DNA of 64,000 nt from an uncultured delta proteobacterium (GTDB lineage: Bacteria > Desulfobacterota > Binatia > HRBIN30 > BPIQ01): contig CAVXGR010000018.1 in assembly GCA_963761335.1 (NCBI GenBank), forward strand, positions 448,001 through 512,000, written 5' to 3'. The position numbers and the translations under genes were made by a program. Positions 57,780-64,000 of this stretch are shown here, piece after piece (position 1 is the stretch's first letter; every line of letters begins with the position of its first letter). The notes beneath the pieces are model-generated. The model searched no databases, was not told the DNA's origin, and worked only from the letters and a program-made list of their open reading frames with translations.

Positions 57780-59189
57780 ATGCCGAAGCCGACGCAGTCG
57801 TCTCTGCGACGCCGCTGCGTGCGAGCGCTGCTCTCCGTCTGCACCGCTCTCCTTACGGCGGCGCCCTGTGCCGCTGCCTCGCGACCGAACATCCTGCTGG
57901 TCCTGGTGGACACGCTGCGCGCCGATCACCTCGGTGCATACGGATACGGCCGACGGACGTCGCCCTTCCTCGACAGATTGGCGAGCCAGGGGACTCTCTT
58001 CACGCGTGCATACTCGGTGACGTCCTACACTCCCCCGGCTGTGGTGGCGCTACTCACCAGCACCTTTCCCCTGCTCATGGGCGCCAGCGCGCGGATTCCC
58101 GATGCGATTCCGACTCTGGCCGGCGCACTTGCCGACAACGGCTACCGCACGGCGGCGTTCATCGGCAATCGGCTGATCAAGGCCGACCGCGGCTACAGCC
58201 GGGGGTTCTCCCTCTACCGGGCGGCGCCACCGCGGTCCAAGACGGATCACAGCCTCGAAGCCATCAAGGTGCGCGCCGCCGCGATCAGCGAGCCGGCCCT
58301 CGACTGGATCCACGAGGCACAGCGAGACACGGCCCAGCCGGGAGCGCCGTGGTTCGTCTACCTCCACTACATGGAGCCGCACGAGCCCTATCTGCCGACC
58401 GATGGCAGCGGCGCGGCCTTCTGGCGCCATCCCGAGGCGAGCCTCGCGGCAACCCGCGAAGCGATGGGAAGGGCCGCCGAGGCGCACTTCTCCGACCCGC
58501 TGCATCAACGGCTGCGGCTGGACGGTGTCCAAACCGAGGAGCTCGTGGATCTCTACGACGCCGCAATTGCCGATCTGGACGCGGCTCTGGCCCATCTGCT
58601 CGAAGGGCTGGGAGAGGAGACGCGGCGGAACACGGTCATCTGCATCACCGCCGATCACGGGGAGGAGTTTGGCGAGCACGGCGGCTTTCAGCACGCGCAC
58701 TCGCTGTTCGAGGAGCTCATCCACATCCCACTGCTGCTGGTCGGGCCGGGGATTCCCGGCGGGCGCGCCGCCCGACCGGTGCAGATCACTGATATCGCGC
58801 CGACCCTGCTCCATCTCGCCGGGGTCTCCTCTCCAGCGACCTTCATCGGTCACACATTGCTCCCGCCCGCTGCAGAGGAGGGCGGTCCCATCGTCACGCG
58901 GCTGGGGCCGGAGAGCCCGCTTCGCCTCCACCAGCGCGCCCTCGTGGATGGCAACGAGAAGTTGATCGTCGGTATTCGCGACACCGATCTCTTCCTCTAC
59001 GACCTCGGTGCGGATCCCGGCGAGAAACACGACCTGGCGGCTGCCCGTCCCGAGCGCGCCGCGCAACTGGTGGTCGAGCTGCGTTCCGGCATCGCCAAGG
59101 CGGAGCGGCCCGCCTCCACCACCCCCGGGGCGGAGAAGGTCGACGACGCTGTTCGCGAGCGGATGCGACAGCTCGGCTACGACTTCTGA
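57780..59189 (+). CDS. Secreted sulfatase-fold (alkaline phosphatase superfamily) enzyme
   Basis: RPNILLVLVDTLRADH, HYMEPHEPY, TADHGEEF and HIPLL motifs; nucleophile region YTPPAV. Confidence 0.85.
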   Translation: MPKPTQSSLRRRCVRALLSVCTALLTAAPCAAASRPNILLVLVDTLRADHLGAYGYGRRTSPFLDRLASQGTLFTRAYSVTSYTPPAVVALLTSTFPLLMGASARIPDAIPTLAGALADNGYRTAAFIGNRLIKADRGYSRGFSLYRAAPPRSKTDHSLEAIKVRAAAISEPALDWIHEAQRDTAQPGAPWFVYLHYMEPHEPYLPTDGSGAAFWRHPEASLAATREAMGRAAEAHFSDPLHQRLRLDGVQTEELVDLYDAAIADLDAALAHLLEGLGEETRRNTVICITADHGEEFGEHGGFQHAHSLFEELIHIPLLLVGPGIPGGRAARPVQITDIAPTLLHLAGVSSPATFIGHTLLPPAAEEGGPIVTRLGPESPLRLHQRALVDGNEKLIVGIRDTDLFLYDLGADPGEKHDLAAARPERAAQLVVELRSGIAKAERPASTTPGAEKVDDAVRERMRQLGYDF

Positions 59190-59277
59190 GAGCGGCTCAG
59201 AGCCGGGGAGGACGCAACGACCCACCCGCCAGGGCAGCCGGCAGGACTTACACGCCGCTGCGGCGCTCGCCAGCGCC

Positions 59278-59892
59278 TCAGCCGGCGGCGCGCAAGACGG
59301 TGACCAGCCCCAGCTGTCCCAGGTGGTAGGTCATGATGATGACCGGTCGCGCCCAGGCAAGGCGAGCGACGAAGCGATCCCAGGCGAGAAGGCAATCCGA
59401 CACCAGGAAGAGCACGGCGCCGATAGAGGCGAGCACGCTTCCGGAAGCGAAGGCGGAAGCCACCATCATGGCGATCACGGCCATGTAGACGGCGATTGCG
59501 GCGCGATTGCCGGCGCCGCCTTCGGCACGCAGGATGCGCAAGCCGACCGGTGCGGAGGCCGCCATCACCACCACCCACCAGATGAGTCGGACGCCGGTGG
59601 TGGCCTGGAAGTCGGCGATGTACGCCAGGTGCGCCAGCAGGAAGGCGGCGAGGCCGGCGGTGAAGAGATTCGCCGGAAGCATCAGGTACACGTCGCCGAG
59701 GAGGGAGAGGAGGAGGGCGATGATCAGCCAGCCGGAGGGCTCGGGGCCGGTCAGCGCAAACACGGTGAGCGCCGCGAGCGCCGCCGGCTTGGCCACATAC
59801 TCGGCGGATGTCTGCTCGTTGGAAACCGCCATCCAGTCGATGATGGCGAACAGCGCGAAGGCGATCAGGGCGATGACGGTGAGGGCGGTCAT
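59278..59892 (-). CDS. Lysoplasmalogenase-like YhhN membrane protein
   Basis: AKP, LLGDVYL, FLLAHLAY, SDCLLA and TYHLGQ motifs. Confidence 0.88.
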   Translation of the reverse strand: MTALTVIALIAFALFAIIDWMAVSNEQTSAEYVAKPAALAALTVFALTGPEPSGWLIIALLLSLLGDVYLMLPANLFTAGLAAFLLAHLAYIADFQATTGVRLIWWVVVMAASAPVGLRILRAEGGAGNRAAIAVYMAVIAMMVASAFASGSVLASIGAVLFLVSDCLLAWDRFVARLAWARPVIIMTYHLGQLGLVTVLRAAG

Positions 59893-59947
59893 GGAGCCTC
59901 GCTTGTGGCCGAAGATTGCTGCGAGTGCAACCGGAGAGCCGGGTGAC

Positions 59948-60325
59948 TCACCGGTATGCCGGCTTGGGCACCCAGGTGTCGCCGCTGGGGATGTAGCCGG
60001 CGGCCTCCATGCAGCCTTGCACCGTCTGGCCGCCGTGAGTCACCGCGGGGTGCTGCTTACAGTCCTCGAGAATCTGCTGGAGCGACCCAGGGGGTGCCGA
60101 GCTCGCCCGCGGCATTGGCTGCTCCATTTCCCCAGATGGCGCCTCGGCGGCGGGTGCGGGGCTGGCAGTCGCCGCTGGCGCCGCCTGCTTGGCGGCGCAT
60201 CCCGCGACTGTGATCAGTGCCAGAGCCAGCGACAAGGCGGTGATTGCCCCTCGAAGGCGGGAAAATCCCTGGCCCCGGATGGCGCGGGCCGGCATGCTCT
60301 GGGTGTTGCCGCTGAGAAGATTCAT
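59948..60325 (-). CDS. Hypothetical lipoprotein
   Basis: Lipobox VAGC, Ala/Pro linker and a small 2-Cys C-terminal domain; AGGAG RBS. Confidence 0.65.
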   Translation of the reverse strand: MNLLSGNTQSMPARAIRGQGFSRLRGAITALSLALALITVAGCAAKQAAPAATASPAPAAEAPSGEMEQPMPRASSAPPGSLQQILEDCKQHPAVTHGGQTVQGCMEAAGYIPSGDTWVPKPAYR

Positions 60326-60725
60326 CGAGTTCTAGCTCCTTGGTTTGGGTAGATCGGTTTTCACTGCGCCACTCTTCTCACCGCAAAATCGCCGGACTGT
60401 CAACGATGGCGGCGGCGGGCGGTCCGCCGGATGGACCCGGCACCCGGGGCGAAGGAAAATCGAGTCTTGCCATTAGCGAGCCAGTGACGTAAAGAAGCGT
60501 CGCGGATATCGCGTGATTCTCTCTCGTGCTGCCCTCGAAGAACTCGTTGGCCTCCGACGACCCCCCCGGTACGGGGATGCCCTCCGACAAGATGCCGTGC
60601 CGTCTCGGCGTTGACCGCGAAGGTGCGCTCTCTCCGGCGGGACGCGATCATCTCCAGCCCCCCGCGGCAGGCTGTCGCTACCACCCTGACGCCCGGTCCT
60701 GACCTTCAAACAAAGGAGAATAGCC

Positions 60726-61151
60726 ATTTCCACCAAAGTCTTCGTAGGTAATCTCAACTTCAACACGACCAAGGATGAGCTCGCGAGTCTGCTCTCTGCG
60801 GTGGGGCGCGTCGTCGACGTGCACATGCCCGCAGACCGCGAGACCGGACGGCCGCGCGGCTTTGCCTTCGTGCAGTTCTCCACTCCGGCGGAGGCGGCGG
60901 AGGCGATTCGTTCGTTCAACGGGCGCGAGGTGGGCGGCCGCAAGCTGAATCTCAACGCCGCCGAGGAGCGCCCCAGGCGAACGGAGGGACCGCGCCCGGC
61001 GCGACCCGCGGCAGCGCCCAGCTTCGCGGCGCCTGAACGGAGCTTCGACGACGACTTCTCTTCCGACCCGTTCGGCCGGCAGAAGCGCCCCTTCAAGAAC
61101 AAGGGGAGCCGTCGCGGCCTGCGGGCTCGCAAGCGCAGCCTGAGCTTCTGA
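60726..61151 (+). CDS. RRM RNA-binding protein with basic tail (probable ATT start)
   Basis: RNP2 VFVGNL lies upstream of the tracked GTG start; RNP1 RGFAFVQF; AAGGAG SD 7 nt before ATT 60726. Confidence 0.9.
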   Translation: MSTKVFVGNLNFNTTKDELASLLSAVGRVVDVHMPADRETGRPRGFAFVQFSTPAEAAEAIRSFNGREVGGRKLNLNAAEERPRRTEGPRPARPAAAPSFAAPERSFDDDFSSDPFGRQKRPFKNKGSRRGLRARKRSLSF

Positions 61152-61152
61152 G

Positions 61153-61179
61153 CGCCTGCGGGAGCCTCTCCCGCAGGCG
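61153..61179. terminator. Hairpin between convergent genes (possible bidirectional terminator)
   Basis: Perfect 12-bp stem CGCCTGCGGGAG-cct-CTCCCGCAGGCG; no U-tract. Confidence 0.55.
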
Positions 61180-61181
61180 GC

Positions 61182-61523
61182 TCAACCGGCGTGCTGATGG
61201 TAGGCGCGGTCGCACTTGGCGGCGAAGACGAAGTCGCTCTCGGTGAGGCCGTCGATCTTGTGGGTCCAGATCTTCACCTCGACCCATCCCCAGCCGAGGG
61301 CCAGATCTGGATGGTGGTTCTGCTCCTCGGCGACCGCCCCGATGCGGTTCGTCAACTCGAGAGCGGCTGCGAAGCTGTCGACCCTGTAGCGCTTGTGCAG
61401 GTGGTGGCGCTCCACCACCGACCAGCTTTCCAGCTGTGCCAGCAGTGGCGCGATCTGCGCCGCGCCGAGGGGGGGCACGCCACCCTTGCAGGGCACGCAT
61501 TTCTTGTCGGCAAGCTCGGTCAT
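61182..61523 (-). CDS. phhB: Pterin-4-alpha-carbinolamine dehydratase
   Basis: CVPCKGG, AEEQNHHPD and WTHKIDGLTESDFVFAAKCD motifs. Confidence 0.92.
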   Translation of the reverse strand: MTELADKKCVPCKGGVPPLGAAQIAPLLAQLESWSVVERHHLHKRYRVDSFAAALELTNRIGAVAEEQNHHPDLALGWGWVEVKIWTHKIDGLTESDFVFAAKCDRAYHQHAG

Positions 61524-61561
61524 GTGCACCTTTTCCGGCCCTCTGGCGGCGAGGACCGCGC

Positions 61562-62392
61562 TCAGTCTCGCGCCTTTGCTTCCTTTGCCCGAGTGGCGTC
61601 CACTGCCTTGCTTTCCGTCCGGCGCGAGGCCGCCGTGCCGGCATAGGCGCCGCGGGCATCCGCCAGGCGTATGCGCACCAGGTCGCGCAGCCCGCGCAGG
61701 GAGTCCTTGAGCATGTTGACCCGGCGGGTGCGCTGGTAGTCCCATTCCACCGGCACCTCTTTGATGCGATAGCCCAGCTTCTCGGCCACGTAGAGCACTT
61801 CCACATCGAAGCCGGAGGTGACGGTGGCGCCGCGCACCTCGCGGCTGGCGTCGATTCCGTACAGATGGAGGTGGCGCAGGATGTCGGTGGCCGATTCGCG
61901 GCGGAAGGCCTTGAAGCCGCACTGCGTATCGGTGACTCCCTGGAACCCGAGGATCAGGTTGCGCAGGAGAATCTGGCACCGCGACATCAACTTGCGCCAG
62001 CGGGGGGCGTGGCGGCGGACCGTTCCCCGCGACCCGATCACCACGTCGAAGCCGCGCTCCATCCAGGGGAGAAGCTGCTCCGACTCACTCAGCGGCGTCG
62101 CCTGATCCATGTCGGTGAAGAGGACCAGGTCGCCTTCAGCCGCAAGCATACCCGTGGCCACCGTGTATGCCTTGCCGCGATGGGGATTGCGGATGACCCG
62201 CAAGCTCGGGTGGGCACGGGCGAACTCCTCGGCGGCAGCTACCGTGGCGTCCTCGCTGCCATCGTCGACGACCAGGATCTCGTAGTTGTACGGCTGCGAG
62301 GCCAGGTACGTGGTCGCCTTCTCGAGCGCCCCGGCACGGATGTTTCCCGCTTCGTTGTAGGCGGGGATGACGACGGAGAGGTGGGGTCTCAT
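61562..62392 (-). CDS. GT2 glycosyltransferase (polyprenol-phosphate glycosyltransferase-like)
   Basis: VVIPAYNE, VDDGSED, FTDMD, DTQCGFK and FDVEVL motifs. Confidence 0.88.
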   Translation of the reverse strand: MRPHLSVVIPAYNEAGNIRAGALEKATTYLASQPYNYEILVVDDGSEDATVAAAEEFARAHPSLRVIRNPHRGKAYTVATGMLAAEGDLVLFTDMDQATPLSESEQLLPWMERGFDVVIGSRGTVRRHAPRWRKLMSRCQILLRNLILGFQGVTDTQCGFKAFRRESATDILRHLHLYGIDASREVRGATVTSGFDVEVLYVAEKLGYRIKEVPVEWDYQRTRRVNMLKDSLRGLRDLVRIRLADARGAYAGTAASRRTESKAVDATRAKEAKARD

Positions 62393-62519
62393 CGGCGACT
62401 CGGAGCGACGGCGGGCCGCCTACCATAGCCGGAGAGCGCCGGCCGTGTCCACCGCGGTTGCGGCGGTCGAGAGGATCGGCGAGGGCGCCTCGATCCGAGT
62501 CAGCGCCCCCGCCGTGGAC

Positions 62520-63737
62520 TCATTGCGCGTCGGAAGGGCGGCGTGCCCGCCGCCAAAGGAGGATCACGGCGGCGCCGAGGAGCGCCAAGCCGCCGCCACC
62601 GCCGCTGCCCACGCTGCAGCCGCTGTCTTTCACCACGACGATCGGTCCGCCCCCCGGCAGGGTGGGGCCGACACCCGGAGTCGCCGTCGCCACCGGCACG
62701 ACCGTGTCACCCGGACGCGGTGTGCGCGTGGGTGTGAATGGCGCAGTCGGACGGAAGGTGGCGCCGCGGGTCGGCGTCGGCGTGGTGATCCCTCCGGGCG
62801 TGTTGGTACGCACCGGGGTGTTGGTCGCTCCGGGTGTGGTGCCCGGCATCACGCACGACTCGCCGCTGCAGTCGGCGTCGTCGACGCAAGAGAAATCGAT
62901 GAAGTCGGCGGAGAAGCAGACGCGACCGGTGGCCTCGCAGGTGCCCCCGCCGGTGCACTGGGCGTCCCGTAGGCAACCGAATCCCTTGCTGTCACCAGCG
63001 CTGCAGATCCTCTGGCTGGCGGTGCACGGGACACCGGGGGCGCAGTCGGTATCGGACTCGCAGAAAAATCCGTCGACGTCGCCGCCGTCGCAGACGCCCT
63101 GCGCCAGCACACATGCTCCTCCCGAGCAGGCGGTGTCGTCCTGGCATTCGATGATCGTCGTCTGTCCGGGGATCGAGCAGATCGGCTGGGTGGCGACCGG
63201 CTGTCCCGGGGGAGTGCAGGAGGCGCCGCCACAGTCCGCGGTGGAGTCCACGCAGGGCGAGTGGTCGAAGTCTCCGCCGAAGCAGAACAGGCCGTTGCCG
63301 GCGCACTGGGCGCCGGCACACTGGCTGGACGCGGTGCACGGTAGGCCGCTGTCGTCGCCGCTCAGACAGACGTTCTGGGTCGGCGTGCAGGCTCCGCCGG
63401 GGCAGTCGGCGTTGGTGCCGCAGAAAGGAGAACCGTCCGCGGTCCCACCGACGCAGACGTTCTGCGTGAAGATGCAGGCGCCGCTCGGGCATTCGGAGTC
63501 GAAGAAGCATTGCTGGCCCGCGTTGGTGCCGCCGGAGCAGCGCTCCAGGAAGATGCATGAGCCGCTCGGGCAGTCCGTATCGCTGGAACATTCGTTGCCG
63601 TCATTGCTTCCCCCGCTGCAAACCTGCCCCGGTGTGGCGAGCGCCGGCCGCGGTGTGGCCGCCAGGGCGACGGCGGCGGCGACGAAGACGGTGCAGGCGA
63701 TAGCGTGGCGACGTGCGAAAAGTGCTGTGCGGCTCAT
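62520..63737 (-). CDS. Cys-repeat cell-surface protein with Pro/Thr stalk and C-terminal sorting signal
   Basis: GGAGGAG RBS; signal peptide; nine 4-Cys repeats; PT-rich linker; SGCSV-Gly-rich-TM-RRARR tail. Confidence 0.82.
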   Translation of the reverse strand: MSRTALFARRHAIACTVFVAAAVALAATPRPALATPGQVCSGGSNDGNECSSDTDCPSGSCIFLERCSGGTNAGQQCFFDSECPSGACIFTQNVCVGGTADGSPFCGTNADCPGGACTPTQNVCLSGDDSGLPCTASSQCAGAQCAGNGLFCFGGDFDHSPCVDSTADCGGASCTPPGQPVATQPICSIPGQTTIIECQDDTACSGGACVLAQGVCDGGDVDGFFCESDTDCAPGVPCTASQRICSAGDSKGFGCLRDAQCTGGGTCEATGRVCFSADFIDFSCVDDADCSGESCVMPGTTPGATNTPVRTNTPGGITTPTPTRGATFRPTAPFTPTRTPRPGDTVVPVATATPGVGPTLPGGGPIVVVKDSGCSVGSGGGGGLALLGAAVILLWRRARRPSDAQ

Positions 63738-63812
63738 AAGTCTCCTCCCGGAATGCATCTCTCGTCGGGGCCCGATTTGTCAAGAAGAATCAAGTCAGGC
63801 GCGGGCGCGCGC

Positions 63813-64000
63813 TCACGTCCCGAGACGGCGCACCACCGAGACGATGTCCGCCGCGGACTCGATCCCGTCGTCGTTGCCGTCGGCGCCGATACAGCGGCTG
63901 CCCGGGGCATCTCTCGACACCTCGGCTGCCGGATCGAAGAGGACGTTGGCCACGGCGGCGGTGTCGTTCTCGGTGACCTGGTTGTCGCAATCGGCATCGC
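63813..64000 (-). CDS. 3' end of a gene with a dockerin-like C-terminus (partial)
   Basis: Manual translation DADCDNQVTENDTAAVANVLF...CIGADGNDDGIESAADIVSVVRRLGT*, with two EF-hand-like Asp-rich loops. Confidence 0.6.
   Translation of the reverse strand, partial: DADCDNQVTENDTAAVANVLFDPAAEVSRDAPGSRCIGADGNDDGIESAADIVSVVRRLGT

Noticed and set aside
60600..60715. Possible 6S RNA or riboswitch
   Set aside because: Only vague resemblance; no consensus could be verified by eye, so it is kept only as an unspecified leader.

Overview
GC-rich bacterial chromosome segment, almost entirely protein-coding; no rRNA, tRNA, CRISPR array or transposase was recognised. Cys-rich and dockerin-like surface proteins suggest a delta-proteobacterial-type lineage such as Ca. 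Binatia or Myxococcota (inference only). Left to right: an alternative complex III operon (actABCDEF, minus strand, truncated at the left edge); a DUF4139 protein, a GAF histidine kinase and a metallophosphoesterase; a bufferin-type RiPP locus (6-Cys precursor, DUF692 MNIO, DUF2063); an unpaired type II topoisomerase A subunit; a WecA-like fusion and an SGNH protein; a secreted (Lys-Pro-x)n repeat protein followed by TolC; a DnaA-box cluster; CoA transferase, icd, mdh, sucC; S8 protease; ClC; acyl-CoA ligase; aroC; an uncharacterised ACP-based biosynthetic cluster (ACP, condensation-like acyltransferase, FAD oxidoreductase, adenylating ligase, flavin halogenase, methyltransferase, B12 radical SAM, thioesterase); NhaP; alpha-2-macroglobulin with PBP1C; a sulfatase-fold enzyme; an RRM protein that appears to start at ATT; and a Cys-repeat surface protein. 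The best novelty candidates are the halogenase/B12-rSAM cluster, the KPx-repeat protein with matching leader and terminator hairpins, the ATT-initiated RRM gene and the possible oriC away from dnaA. All calls rest on motif recognition by eye; no database searches were run.
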